Below, in pieces: positions 12,561-27,002 of a stretch of 64,000 bases of DNA. The notes beneath the pieces are model-generated. The model was not told where the DNA came from and did not search any database. It saw only the letters and a list, made by a program, of their open reading frames with translations. The stretch is from Phoronis australis. Its lineage: Eukaryota > Animalia > Phoronida. How positions within the stretch are numbered: the first letter of the stretch is position 1; each line of letters starts with the position of its first letter. Location: NCBI GenBank assembly GCA_002633005.1, contig NMRA01000027.1:1663921-1727920 (forward strand), read 5' to 3'. Both the position numbers and the translations under genes were made by a program.

Positions 12561-14028
12561 ATAGTGTCTCAACATAGTCATTATTACGTCATCATTTTTT
12601 GAATTGGGACGTTACGAGTTTTCCCTTCACACTGTCTGCATCGCGCTACGGTGTCCAGTGGTAATTCGTCTTGAAGAACTACTTTCAATCTGTCTCCACT
12701 TTTAGAAGTAGCAATAAGACACAAGACCACTTCAGGTGTCTCAGCATCACTCTTCGTGTCCATCAACAGCTGTTCCACGGCTTCACATACAAACTTCAAC
12801 TGAAACTATTGGTTCATGTTTTCTCACTAAATAATCACCACCTGTAAGCAGCCCATTTTCGAACATAACCTCTGAGTTACCAGAGACAGAGCCTGCCAGT
12901 TTGTGCTCACATGGCATTTTGATGTAATTCATGGCAATATGGAAATCACCAATCATAACAATGTGCTTCGCTGTTATTTATTATAATCAGCAGAAGTGTC
13001 TTAATGCAGAGACATTGGTGAATTTTTGCATTCGTATACCTGTACAACTTCAACCGATGCTTCACTCGATCGTTTCAGAAGCTTTCCAATTGTTCAATTC
13101 TGTGATTGTCTCATTGTTTTGGCGCATTATTGTCTATTGTATAGTTTTTCGATGAAACTTTACCCGTTAGCCGAAATGAAGCCACCAAGTGCAGGAACAG
13201 TTTGCCGCCAATGACTACTTACCATTCAACAAAAAAACCCAAATACTGTATTTTGCCGCTGCGTCATTGAGACTGAGGCACATGTAAATATTGCAACCAG
13301 AGGAATTGGCGGTGCATCCCAATCATTAAAGCCTATTTTGAACGGTAAAACTTGCAAATTTGGATTCTACAGTATATTAAAAGCATCGCTCTGCGCCACT
13401 AGTTCCATTAATAGTCAAATGTAACGAACTGTTTGGCGTATTGGTTTGCTTTTATCTACGTCACCGCTGGGAGTAATATGAACGGGAGAAGCAACGCGGC
13501 GAAGCCTTTTGATCTATGATTGCCTCGCGCATTCCACAGCTGCTTCGTAACAATAGCGATGGACGATGAAAGGCTTGCGCATAGTCACTGATTCAGGCAT
13601 GCGCAGTATACGAGTAGTCCCGTTGAAGGTTTGGGTTAGAGATTAAACACGCATGCGCATAAAAGACTTTCTGCCCTTTAATACCAATACTGGCAATACT
13701 CCCCAATATTGTGATTGTTCGCCGCTGGTTTTTCTTAACTTACTGGTTGATTAAGGAATGTTGGCTTAAAAATCATTTTGTATTTAACCAATAAAGACTC
13801 TTAAAAGCACTTAATAGCGTTTCTTTGAAATGTCACTCTTGTCTTTTAGTTTAATTTGCGTTTGAGCCGGAGTGCCCCTGTTTCGATGCGTTTTATTTGG
13901 CTTCATTGGCCGATAATATAACTAGTAGCACTCTTTGTTGAGTCAAATATACCATGATGTTTCGCCACAAGGGTGCTCGTTTGACTATTTTGTCGTGAGA
14001 CGACATGTAGTCTTCATTATGTTTTTAA

Positions 14029-15733
14029 AGGCGAATGCCACCCGATTTAATTAGTCTTTTTTGCCGTCTTAATCGGTCTATTTCCACATCGCCTCGCATA
14101 CGGTCGACCTTACCTTGCCAAGAGGTGTCGCGTTAACCTGTGAGGAAGGTGAGAAACGACGCTAGCGACGTCAACGGTTCCTAAGCAGAGTGAATGCCGC
14201 TATGTTGCGGTATATCGTTCCCGCTTGTCCGAACTAAGCAGCCGCGAGGAAAGCGAATATATCATGTTTTTTTTACTTCCTCGAGAGTCTGAAATGCTTA
14301 GGAAGTGGCTCATGGTAGTGAAAAATGAAATGTACGTTGTAAATAGCAAGTATGAGGCCGTGAAACATCTCCGTGTCTGTGGCCTGCAGACGACGTCGAC
14401 AGTGCCTCACGAATGCCCGGCAAATAACTCCATACGTTCCATTGTCTGAGCTTGTTCACGGCGCCTCTCTAATATTTCTTCATCACTGTATTCCTGTTCG
14501 AATTGATAGCCTGTAAAACTTAACGATCCACCTGCGAAGTCGGGATTGATGAGCCCGGCGCTCTAGCTAGTCCTAAGTCGGGATTGCGAGTTGCCACTCC
14601 GTTGGAGTTTATTACTGAGCGTTCTGTTTCAAAATGAATTATTCTCACCCTAACCAATACTTATATAAAATTGAAACAAAGTCTGTCTCATTAGATGCAA
14701 TCTACAATGCCTTTGGAGTGTTCGTAAGTGCACGAAATGATTTGAGAAGCCAGCAATGAATAAATCACTGCAATACCGGCTTTAGGTGCAATAAAACTAA
14801 TTGACGGGACACGGCGAGGCCGTGTGAGCTCATGCTAATTTAGTGTTTGCTGGCAGAAACTGTTGTGAAACAACTAGATTTCCACCCCACGACCAGGTGT
14901 TAGGGGAATCTTTATTTACATTTACATTACTCAAATAATGATTGTCAATGTACAACCTCTGCCCTGACGGTGCTGTGGCCAAAGCGGAACTGAATTCGCT
15001 GCCCCCGACGAGTAAGTAGATTTGCAGTTTCGTGGCTAATTGACCAACATAATCACGTGCACATTACTTTGTATCACTAGTATAGTATTTTCTTGACTAG
15101 AAGTTTAGTTCCCACTGAACTTTGGCTGGTTTGTTCGTGATGTCTGATCAGTTTCCGAGCCACTGACCGGGATATCGAGTCAACCTGAATCCGGCCGGCG
15201 CCGCGACGGGCCTGAACCAGTCGTGCTCCGAGCCATTGGCCAGGATAACAAGCGTTTTGTGTTTAGAACTCAGAAAATCACAAGTCTAAACAACGCAGAT
15301 CTAGGTTCTCCTGTCTGTATCTCACGGAAAATACTTCGAAATTATCTCCGAACACACCGCAAACTCCTGCTACGGACAGTTATTGGCCTGCCGATTTTTG
15401 TAGGCCACGGTGTGTCCAAATACCAATAAATCCGTAAGAGCGAAATGAAACAACACGTTTTTGTAAGAACTCGGTGTATTTTTAAGGGTTTTACATCGAA
15501 GTTTGATGATTTATTGGTGCTAAACGATGATTCCAAGCGATAAGCTGACACCAGTAACCCGTGTTGTGAACTGCTGAACAGAATGCGTGTGAAACCGATG
15601 ACGTAATTGGATAATTTCAACACCTCCGTCTGCCGTCAGGTGTCAGGTAACGCAAGCTCACGTGTCGTTATGGAGTAGAACTACTCGATCTAAATTGATA
15701 CAAATGAGGTTGTTTTTTGGGTGGCATGCTCCT
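14029..15733 (+). mobile_element. Non-autonomous Kolobok DNA transposon, full-length copy
   Basis: TTAA on both flanks (14025-14028, 15734-15737), TIR AGGCGAATGCCACCC / GGGTGGCATGCTCCT, decayed THAP fragment (FFLLPRESEMLRKW..LRVCG). Confidence 0.85.
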
Positions 15734-16595
15734 TTAATCTTAATCGTTGAAGACAGACTGGGTAACATTGTATTGCAGGTGATTGGGAGCACCTTCGACC
15801 GAGTTACGTCATCTGATGACTGCCAACTAGATGAGTCAGGTCTTCCCAACACCAATTGTATATTTCAACCAGACGTGACTTCAAGACAGGAAGCAACTTC
15901 ATCGTTAATGGATTATTACCAACTGAAGTCGGTAAAGATATTTGCACATTAAACATGGAATGAAGTTGTGAAAAGGTTCAATAGCATAAAACATTATTGC
16001 ATTCCTGGATTCTGAGTGAGCTAAGTACAGACGCAAAATAAAAGCAGACATATATCAAAAGTGTTGCTGAGTTAATACTGTGCACAGAACGTATAGAGAG
16101 TGTCGTAGGTGAAATAATATCCCACGAGACATAATGTCGAGTGGGGTATTGCTTCATGTACGCCACTCACGGTAGGTTTTGTATTTAACCCATACGCATC
16201 GAATTCATGAGTTTCTTTTGTTTTTTTTTTTGGGGGGGGGGCATTTTTAATACCTCACAAAGACTGTTTAACAGGCGGATCACAAAACGTTTAGTGTATG
16301 TACTCGCGCGTTATGCTACAAGTTTCCTCTAGTAAAGGAAAGCAGTGTTAAATGTTACGATTTTAATTAGAAGGGATAAAAGTATAAAATCAGCGGTAAT
16401 TGTGAATTGAACTTTCGGAAAAAATCAACAACAAGAATATTTAATAGTGTAAAGTTATTCGCAGATGCAATCATCGAGTAGTTGCACTCATTCATAAAAC
16501 CATACAACTCTAATCCTGCAATGGTAACTCCGATCTCGCGGCCGCTGAGGTTGCGGAACGCGTGCGTGAGAGTTGTAATTGCATTTGTTTGTTCC

Positions 16596-16596
<1 letters not shown>

Positions 16597-16652
<56 letters not shown>
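16597..16652 (+). repeat. (GT)28 microsatellite ending at an N
   Basis: Read directly from the sequence. Confidence 0.97.
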
Positions 16653-17427
16653 NCTCCTGCACGAGAATTAACTACACTGTACTCTTCAGATTTTAGAATC
16701 TCGTTGCTGTAAATTTTGCAACATGTCACGAACAATCATAACACCACGTACTTTGTCGTTTCATACACTATATTTAAAGTAGCGACGTGCTCCACTTGTA
16801 CACAGGCGTTGCAGTTGAACACTGTTTAACGAATGCACTCATGCTTGAACTCTTCGGCTATAAATAATGTTACCAACTTTGGGTTCTATTAATATCAGCA
16901 CTCACAAAAACGGATTTTATTAAAACGACTATTTCTTACAAATTCCACTGGACACTGAACGAAATAGAAACGTCAAAAACATCTGACCTTGATACTCATT
17001 TACTGAAGTTATGTAGTTGGTTCGACTGTGCAGAACCCTTTTTAAACAAAAAGTCTAATTAAGATATTCACTTGTCAAATGATATATCCCCATCACAAAC
17101 CCAAGCCTTCCTTTAGTCGCCTGGCTTTTGTCACACTGAAGCACAAGTCGAAATAGGGTTGAAAATTAAACAATAACTGCGCTGCATATACGATAAAAAA
17201 TCAGAAGAATTGGAATAGAAAATAATTCAATTTTATTATCTGACATGTGGCGAGTATGAAAGACTAACAATTCTACATTATACTTTATCAGCAAGCTGCT
17301 TTACAACAACTCAAATATATACACTACATAAATATCATAACCAACACCAGAGTAACCACTGACAGCTTCTTCTAAATTCTTAGTGTTCATTATGGTGGTG
17401 AACTGCATGTCACACTTCATGTCACAC

Positions 17428-17667
17428 TCAGTGTCTTCTTGGAAGTGGAGTGTTGTCTATTTGCCTAACAACATCAGCTCTATTACCAATATTCCCACGA
17501 ATACTATCCACAGCCAAGCTTCCAACAGTGCGCAACTGAATCATTGATTGTTGAACTTGCTGCACAGTAGGGTTGTCATTGGCACCACCCTTGTGTCTAT
17601 AATGACCAAAATGTTGTTCTAAAGGGTCCTGGTTAAAAGAAGAAGTTAAGACAAATGGTGCACCCTG
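17428..17667 (-). pseudogene. P-element/THAP9-type transposase C-terminal fragment
   Basis: Hand translation QGAPFVLTSSFNQDPLEQHFGHYRHKGGANDNPTVQQV...PLPRRH* carries the QDxLExxFGxxRxxGGxNDNP signature; absent from the ORF track. Confidence 0.85.
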
Positions 17668-18276
17668 TTATAGTCCTAGGTCACCGCGAGAATCACCTTT
17701 TAATCTTTACAAACGGCTGCGAATAACACCCGCACGCAATGGTGTTTATTCAGACCCCTATTCAAAGCAACTGTTATCGACCTTTTGTTGTTTGAGCAGG
17801 GATCTCACGGTGACGCAATATGGCGCGAAAGTGCAGCTTTACACATTTACCTATCATTTGACGGGCCTACATTAAACTGGCGTTTTCTTATTTTGCTAAG
17901 GCTTTGCTAGGAGTACCTTGTTAGCCCAATACATCTAAAATAACAAAATTCCGTTGAAGTTAGGCTTTAATACGTAGAGGGTGACACTTGGAGGCATTTC
18001 TGTGACGGTCTAGCATGATCAGCTTTCGGTGCAGATTTTTGTAGGATGATCCCAGCAGGTGCACTCGCCCTTTACATATCCGTGAAGCTTCAATTACGCT
18101 CGTCCAATTCTAATGGAAACAACACTTTGCACCGTCCTGTCATTATAAATCAGGTGTGAGATATGTTAAACTCTCGTTCAGGGCCTTTGAAATCACTGCT
18201 TCCAACTGCAGAAGTTGTAGGATGTGCGAAATCTATTGAGAATAGTGGTGAGCTGCCGGCTTCTATGCATGTACAT

Positions 18277-20062
18277 CTTCTATATAAGTCCCAGTATGGT
18301 TTTAGACCCAACCATTCCACTGAACTTGCGGCTACTGAATTCGTCCACTCTTTTTACAGAAATTGAGACAAAGGTTTGAACCCAATTTCGGTATTCATGG
18401 ATCTTTCTAAAGCCTTTGATACCAATGATCAAAGAAACTAAAACATTACGGGTTTTCTAATAACGAATTTTATTGGTTTCAAAGTTACCTTGAAAATGAA
18501 AAGCAGTTCGTCTGTCTTGATGCTGTCACTTCGTCCCAACTTGGCATTTCCACAGGTGTTCCACAGGGATTTGTTCTAGGACCTCTCCTATTTTTAATGT
18601 ATGTAAATGACATCACTTTCTCCAGCAAGGCAAAGTTCATTATGTACGCAGACGACAAATGCCTGTTAATTCCTTTCCATGTTAACAAAAATCATAACCT
18701 CAATAAATAATACCCTACAAGATATTTTTGATTGGCTAAATACCAATAAATTATGATCGCTCAACACAAGTAAAACTAAATTATGCTATTTCTTTTTCCC
18801 CAAAAAAATCAGCGAAGGTGACATCTCTCTAATCAAAATCAACAATAAACTTATTAACATAGTTGAAAATTTTAAATTTTTAGTTATTTTTGTAGACAGT
18901 CATCTTTCCTGGAACGAGCATGTGGGCGTCCTCTCCATACTGAAACACTATTTTCTCAAACACACACTCCTGATGATATACAATGCTGCTACAGTGTATA
19001 CTATCAAATTTATATTTTGGTATAACACTATGGGGGTTCAATAATTGTACGAGATTGAAACTTCTGCAGAAATGTTGCCAATTTTTCGCCCTTTTCACAC
19101 ACCCAACCAATTTGCAGGGAAATCAAAACACTTCTTCTTGACGAAATAATTAACCAAACTTCTTTTACAAATTTAAGCATAATCAATTGCTTATTTACTT
19201 TTTTGATAACAAATTTTTTCATCAGTCACCAAGAGGTCTTCCCAGAATGTGCAGTCAACAACCCATTTTAAAACTGCCCACTTACAACCTTCCGAGATAT
19301 GTAACAGACAAAATCGGCACGATAGTTTACGTGGTTTCTTCTTGTATATAATAATCACATAATAAGCACTTACAGCTCTTAGTGAAATGGTCTACATGTA
19401 CATTGCGTGTAATAATTGAAGTAACGTGATCACCTGCCTAACTTCTTAGTCATATGCTTTTCTAACCGTGCGGTTTCCTTTGTTTCCCTTGCAGTGGCGG
19501 ATTTAGGGAGGGGGGTCAAAGGGTCATGCCCGCCCCCCTAAAATTCTTTCAGATACCGCTTGAGAGTTCGGGGTGCGAATCAGTGAGTAGCATGTGCGCG
19601 CACCCAGGGGGTTCGGGGGGCGAATGCGCAATACAGAGGCCTTGAACAAACCCGTATACGTTTTTTAGTAATAAGGAATAAGGTCCACAAACCCAAAAAT
19701 TCGAGACCTCTGCATCCCTACGTTTTAGGCTATGCTCGCGCATGTGGCGAAATTCTGGTTATTCGTGTGCCCTCTGGCCCCCCTAAATCAAAATCCTGGA
19801 TCCGTCCCTGCCTTGTAATCTAGTCTCCGTATTTTATTTTTCGTAAAATACATTAATTTACATTTTAAATAAACTCGCATTGTATCTTTTTTCATTGCAG
19901 ATGTACTTATTTCTGTTGTTATTGATATTGCTCTTCTTACTTGTTAACATCTATTCAATTTATGCGTGGTCAGCTATTAGCGGCCCGTGCCTTTGCTGGC
20001 CACCCAGTCATATAACAATGTATGTTTTATATGATTTAAAAAATAAAAGCTTCTCTCTCTAT
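18277..20062 (+). mobile_element. 5'-truncated degenerate LINE (CR1/L2-like reverse transcriptase plus probable 3' tail)
   Basis: SQYGFRPNHSTE, FMDLSKAFDT, GVPQGFVLGPLLFLMYVNDI and YADD motifs with stops and frameshifts; AATAAA then CT-rich tail near 20042-20062 (3' boundary inferred). Confidence 0.8.
19492..19810 (+). mobile_element. hAT-like MITE with 5-bp TSD (CCTTG)
   Basis: CAGTGGCGGAT...ATCCGTCCCTG termini; CCTTG at 19487-19491 and 19811-19815. Confidence 0.85.
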
Positions 20063-22319
20063 ACCTGGGTCTCAAGATGCACACAACAGGCTGTGTTTAG
20101 GAAGTCCCCATTCGCCGTGTGTTATCGCTTGACGAATACTTTGACCGATTGGCATAACCTCTGCCTTCTTGGTGCTGTTTGGTGTGGTCTCCACACCAGA
20201 TAGAACTATATTCAAGAACGTTGTAAGATCTGGTAAAAATGTGGATGACATGATAAATTGCTATTTTTTTCAAAGGTTCATCGAATCAAGCAAAGTAAAA
20301 GCACCGCTACGTCTCTTATCTCATGTTGTGCCTAGATTGCAAGCCCTCGACTTAGCATCGTTAACAGTTATATTTTGAGTTGTCAACTTCTGCAGTGCAG
20401 TACTGTACTTGTGGTGCGCATCGCATAAACTAAAATTTTTGCGTCATTGTAAAATTTTTCTTGCTTTTACCTATGCATACTGCTTCAACGTGAATTTGTT
20501 TACATGTATCAAACTTGTCGTATTTTTAATTTCACTCAAAGCTCAAAGTAACGAAGTCTTTCTTGTAACTGATTTTCTAATACCGGTGGCAACGTTGCTG
20601 AGCCATTGAAGATCCCAAAAGTTTTTGACCGGCCAATGGAAATTTAATTTTACAGTCTGAGATTGTCCAAGGTTTACCATATCCAAATTGTGCAGAATGG
20701 ACGTTCCTGTAGGTTCCAGTGGCTCCGAATTCTTGGATGACGCCGTCCACTTACTTCGCAAATGACCTCACTCTTATCTAAGGCAGCGGCAAACTAACAC
20801 CAAGAGCGAGTCTAGAATTACTGTTAGCAACCGAAAATATCAAGTAGCTGCACTGGTAGATTATACCAAAGAACTTTTGTCAATGAAAAAGAGCGAGAAA
20901 ATACTACAGTCAGAGAAAAAAAAATAGTTAATGCATATATTATCAAGAGGACATATAATTACTTATTTGTTATGCTTGTGAATCATAACTTGCAGATTAA
21001 TACTGTTCCACCTGTCAAGGCTAATTAATGATAAAAGATGCTGGTTGGTGTTAATCATGCACGTACAATGTACAATGTATATACGCAGCACATTTGTAAC
21101 ACAAACACAGGGTTGGTTTCTATACTGCATGCTGGGTCGTGAACAACTGCCTCCACCGTTAAATCTGTAATGTGATATCTCCAGTAACTGAGGTAAGTGC
21201 CGTATACGCTGCACGGTCTTGTTTTTTTTTCTAAGCAAATAGTCAAATAGCTCTTCAATATGTGATCACTTTTTAATTCGTGACATTATTAGTGGTCGTA
21301 TGTGGACTCCAAGGGTATTGTCTGAGGGATGTAACTGACATGGCTGCAGATGAGGTGACAATTCCACTTCAGAATTGTCGATCTAGTGGGGATGCATGTG
21401 GGTAAATTGTTGCCGAGAAAGAGAGGAGAGGGAGTTGTTTGCCGCTGGAGAGCTATGAGGCTGTTGACTGCGCAATGGGAGAAGGTGTGACGAAATGGCT
21501 GTCGACTGTGATATGATGTAATGGAATATTCTGGATGACGCAGAAACACTGTTTTCGCTCCTGGATGAATACTAAAAGGATATAAAGTTAACTAAAACCA
21601 ACTTTTGATTATTGACAGTATACTAACTGCATGTTTACTTATTACGTGTTTGCGAATGCGATTTTTACATTCGATTTTTACTCAAGTCCTCTGAAGGTAA
21701 CCACGATTACGCCGAAGTACCAAAAAGACAGTTTTCCGGGCAATCGGCATTTATCTGAAAGAATAATTGATGTTATTTAATATATTTTTATTAAAAAACA
21801 CCTAATTTTATCATCCAAAGCATAACCTCGTTTTAGAGCTCAATTTCAGTTAACTGGACGGGGCAAGCAAACTATATCATGTTTCTTTAGGGTCCTCGTT
21901 CATCTGACGGAGCGGAAAGGTGCCTGTGTCTTCTGAGAGGGGATTTTTTTCACCGACTGAGAGGAAAAATCTACCTCCCGATCACCATCAATAGCACTCC
22001 TGCCCTGTTACAAGCTCTGTCTCAAGTAGCATTCTGCCGTGCTTTCAAATTGTCACCTGTGTGGTTACAGGTGATTTGAACTTCGCGGGAGAGAAATTTT
22101 CACTCACTAGGGACTCGTGGGGTGAATTTCGCGTGATTTTTCATTTTTTTACACGGGAATAGGGACGACATTCGGCTCCAAAATCGAGAAAAATGCATCA
22201 TGTTTCGACCCGTAGTCGTTAAAACAGCCTGTCTGGCCGAAGATTCTCCGGTCGTTCGTATGAGATATGCTCCGGCGGCAGCCGAGATGCGACAAAATAT
22301 GATCTAACTTTTCGAAATC

Positions 22320-22430
22320 ATTTTTAAGTTTTACACGGACATATTTTTCTTCGTCGCGGCGTATGACAACGACCCAACGTTTCCGAATCTCAACGTCCAT
22401 AGGAATTGTGAAACAGACAGTTAAATGTCC
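22320..22430 (-). pseudogene. THAP-domain remnant of an unrelated DNA transposon
   Basis: CFTIPMDVEIRKRWVVVIRRDE resembles the THAP FP..D...R..W...IRRD segment. Confidence 0.5.
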
Positions 22431-25400
22431 GTATTTTTCCAGCCGTTCGACCAACGCGGAGTACAACTAAGCCGCGATAAGCCAACAGAGAGCTATCGTA
22501 GCGAGCCTCGTTTTAGAACGCGCCTCCTGCCGGCGTGAATTAGGTCTATAAACAGCATTTTAGCACATTTCCTGTTAAAAATGCTTAACAACAGTGGGGT
22601 GTACTAATGGCTCACGGAAATAGGCAAACCTCTTGAAATGTTCATGGATGAAGAACACATGTCCCATACATTTCCTACTGCGAAACCGTCGCTGGGAAAT
22701 TAGTAGGTGCGGTGGATAATGCGGGAGAACTCCAATCCCAGCCCTCGTCAAACAGCCAAAATAAATCAGTGAACTCGACCTAATCAAACCCAATCGGAGA
22801 GATTAACTGTGGAATTTGTTCCTCTGTTATAAGTTAATGAAGCACTATGTTGCAATTGAATTTCTCTCCACTATACACATGTACATCAAAAGGCATCCGA
22901 TGAAGCGGGTAGAAAGCGCAAATGTGAAATGTTCGCTATATATTTCAGCCAGTGTTTAATTGTCGTCGCTCATGTGCAGGTTATTGCTATGCGTCATATA
23001 ACGGGAATTTAATAGATCAGTTGTAGACGGCAGCGGTTTTTGTACAGTTCTGTTGACGAAGTACCAATTAATGGGGGCCATGAAACAGGCTGATTGAGTT
23101 ATTATGGCGGTCTGGCAAGGGAATGCCAGGAAAAAACCGATAACGGTAAACTGTGCAAACGTATCTTTTATGCCATAATTATTTTTTACGCGAGCTGCAG
23201 CATTTTCCGCGATGCACGTCCGTTCCAATCAAAGAAACGGTAGTCTAGAAACGGTGTCTTTCGAATGGTTTGGGTCTCACTCAAATTGATAAGTTTGCGG
23301 AAATGAAACACCTGTTGTTCCATACACGTGTCTCGAATGCCACATATCTGTCATTAAATGGGACCATCAAAAACAATCTACCGCTGTCAGCAGTCAGGCC
23401 CTTGTGACATTGGACCCAATCTTGTATACAGCTTAACTTCAGATCAGGGGTCTTTCTCGGTAGACACAAAAGCCTTGCGAGTCAGACAATATGATCATGT
23501 GTTCCGCTTGTAATGTATGTCGGTATCTCTTGAATACTTACGCGATCTAGCAAGGAACTTGGTCTTCGTAAAGACGCCTTAGTCACCTTTGTCCTATCTA
23601 TTTATTAAAACACTAATTTCGAACCCGGATGTTGAGTGGGCAGCTGCCGTTCGACTCCGTCGGACAGAAACAACTCGAGAGCGGCCGCGAGGTTACCCGC
23701 CCCCGCCCAACGCCTCCTTTCCAATTGTTCCCGCGACGGAAAAGCGCCGGGTTCTGTGGCCGCAAATCCGCCGGCGTGTTTTTTGTTTTCTTTGTCGTAT
23801 AATGAGTCGTGGCCTCAGTCGACCCGGCGTGCGCGCTACTTTCTCGATGCCAAATACATTTCAGAGGCTTTCGTCCGCGGCCTGCGTTTATTACTTACTA
23901 CATTCATCAAAAGACCTGTACTTGTGAATTTGAGGTATGGTAATAAAGACACAAAAAGCGTGTATGTATTTCGTAGTATTACCACCATCGCATTTGTGTA
24001 CGGTGAAATAATAATGGCATTCAAATAAATGAAATTAGATAAGGGAAAAAAGAATGGATGACAATAGGAAAAAATGCTTAAAAGCCTTGATAACAGCACA
24101 GTTTTTACATGATATTTTTGTTTCCTAACTGAACCATGTATCACCAAGGCAACTTCCCATGTCTAGCGCAAACCGGCTAAAGCTGTTTCCCTTACACTAG
24201 CTGGAACCCGTGCCAACTTTCAACCTATGACTTTACTCTTGATTTAAATGTGAGTCAGTTGATCGTCGAGTCTTGACTCTAAGTTATGACAGCATTTCGT
24301 CGTATAGCTTGTTGAAAACTGAGGAAAATCCAGTCAGGTCTTTTGCTTTCATAAAAACCTGTCTTATTATTTTCTTTACCGGGGCAGAATTCTGTTTCCG
24401 CCACTAACAATACATTGAAACCATCAACGACTCAACATAACGGCTTCAAATTTTATTGGCCATGGGTTGATCAAACTCAAAATTGCGAAATCGAAAATGG
24501 CACAAGTGTCATCGACTGATGAAACTTCTGTAATGTTCTGCGTTGGACAGACAAAATCAAAGCCCGAGTTTGACGGGATGATTTTATTTACTAATTCCAG
24601 TTGGAACCTCAGTGAAAACTTTGAATCCTTGTGAGAACCGTGTGAGAACTGTAAATCTATGAAAATACACAAAATACTCTAAATACATGACAATATTATA
24701 TAAAACAGAATCTAAATTAAATTATTAACAATAGTCACTCTAAGAAACTAGTCAAAATTACTCAAATCTAACTGAATCGGTATATGAACTTTAAATCAAA
24801 ATTACCAAACAAAACTTATTATATCCTAGGACATTTCATAGCTCATAAACTCTAATGAGACTTACAGCAATTGCTCCCTTTGATCTTATCCACTCATGAA
24901 CATCCAATTCTTGTTTTTTGTATCAGTATGATCCTTGTCAGTGACTGAACACACTCCTTGAAACTCTACAGACTTGGTGATCTGCATAAAATACTTGATT
25001 CTCCGAAGTTACTGAGCTTCCTCGTCTCCTAACTTTTTCTTTTGAGAATGACGCTTATGTTTGCTCCAGAAATATTTATACTCTAAGATATGAATAAACA
25101 TCACATGGACACTGGTCAAGGCATAAGTACATAGGTGTGGGTGTTTCTTAGAATCAACCCATCTAAAGATGACCACTCCAAAACATATTTTGATGATCAT
25201 ATCCTGTTTGTCAGAACTACACTGAGAACTTAGCAGAACTAAAGCTTTTCTGAAGAAATTGCGCAATACTCAAGTTCACAACAAGTTGTTTACGATAACA
25301 AGTCCTGTTCTAAAATATTTGTGACTTTCAAAATAGTTAACTGGTATTAATTAACACATTTGTTCATAAACTTAATCATCGATTAATTGTTACATAATTC

Positions 25401-25968
25401 TTCAAGTTGCTAGTTTCCACATGTCAGGAAGGGACCCCTACTTGTACGTGAGTGACTCTTTAATGTGTCGTGAATGCTGCGTTTACCCGTGCAACATTCG
25501 GCAATGTGTGATGGTTTCAATTTATAAATCTTAGGGGTTTTGTTGTGTTGCTGATGGTTTCGATATTTTTGATGGTAATTGAAATAGATTCTTATCAGGC
25601 AAGGCATCAATGAAACCTCTAGTCTGGTCGGCTAGGTACATGTACGTGCACTCTTCGGCGTAATTCGCATGTGTTGTCACAGACACGTGCTCCACACGAT
25701 TTTGACTGCTAGCATGCCAGTAAAGGAAATAAAGCATTTGCTAGACGTAAGGATGTGAATTCGCTTAACTTTTATCAGCGCAATGGGTCAACAGTGGCAT
25801 AATCGACCAACAGTCAACGAACGGTGCCTTCCAGAACTGTGTTTTAAAAAACGTGATGATTAAGTTGAAAGCACGGTGCAGCACGGGAGAATGAATGTAT
25901 GCATTTTGGCATATATAATATCCGACACTTGTCTTTACCAATGCAGTTTCTGCCCTGTTCATTCACAG

Positions 25969-26201
25969 GTATGGATCCTCCGGACTACGAGGATTCTCCG
26001 ACGAACGCCCCAGTTCCAGAAGTGAAGTCCACTCTTCAACCACTGGCTCTGACCTGTCTACTATTTGGCATACTCGTTCTAGTGGGCGCAATGATTTGCA
26101 TGTGCATACGGGACTATGTGCGCTACAAGAGACAAGTAGTGCCTAAAAAGAAACGAGAAAAGCTAACAGACTGTCAACAGTCTGAATTAAAAGGCGAAGT
26201 G
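25969..26201 (+). CDS. Transmembrane exon of the EGF-repeat gene
   Basis: Acceptor ttcattcacAG at 25967-25968 is phase 1, matching the 2216 donor (A+GT=Ser). Encodes SMDPPDYED...LALTCLLFGILVLVGAMICMCI (TM helix) then basic RDYVRYKR..KKKREK. Donor GTAGGT at 26202 is phase 0. Confidence 0.8.
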
Positions 26202-27002
26202 GTAGGTAGATATATGACAGTAATAGGACAACATAAAGCTATTCACTGTAGGTTTAAACTTTCATAAGCTTTCTTCAGGTGTTTTCTTTGCTTGTTCTTG
26301 TTAGCGTTGGGGATAAACTCGGTATACAGTTGCAGAAATAATCTACCAATTTTCATTTTGCATGTACTGTAGTATAATTGCCCTAACATCTGGGTAAAAC
26401 TGTGCAAAAACAAACTGGTGCAAATCCTTGGGTATACAAGCTTGTTATCATTGCTAAATAACCTTGATGTCGCTAAATTTTGAAGCTAAATTCAACCAAG
26501 CTTACATAGGTAACTTTGTCCTTCATTTAATATCTAATTATAATGAGTGAATAAAGATTGAATAACCTATGCACATGATCACGCTACGTGCATTTTCTCT
26601 GAAAGTGAAGCACTAAGGAGATTCGGTAACGAGATAGAATGGACGAAAACAGGAACACGAAAACCCTTCGTGACATTACAATGATAACTCACGCTACACC
26701 CCGTTCCTTCGTCAGTTGCTAAAATGCGGAAGCCGTGACGAAGAGGCCACCACCATTCAGTTTAGTTCTCAGGAGCAATTCACCTGTAAGTATGCCGAAA
26801 ACGCGGGTACGTTGGTAGATAACATGAAACCAACAATCATTAGGAGTCCGTAACGAAAGGATCTCCAACTGTCATTAATCTAGCTCACGGCGATTCTAAC
26901 TTAAGAGCAGTTCCCATTCACGAGTGCCGTGAAGGGAAGACCTGACAGAGCGGTCCTGCAATTGCGTTCGTCACAGTTTACAAGTAAACGCTTATATTTC
27001 AG

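Noticed and set aside
23589-24028. GC/CpG-rich patch with overlapping ORFs as a gene promoter
   Set aside because: No linked exon structure or domain; probably a transposon end fragment.
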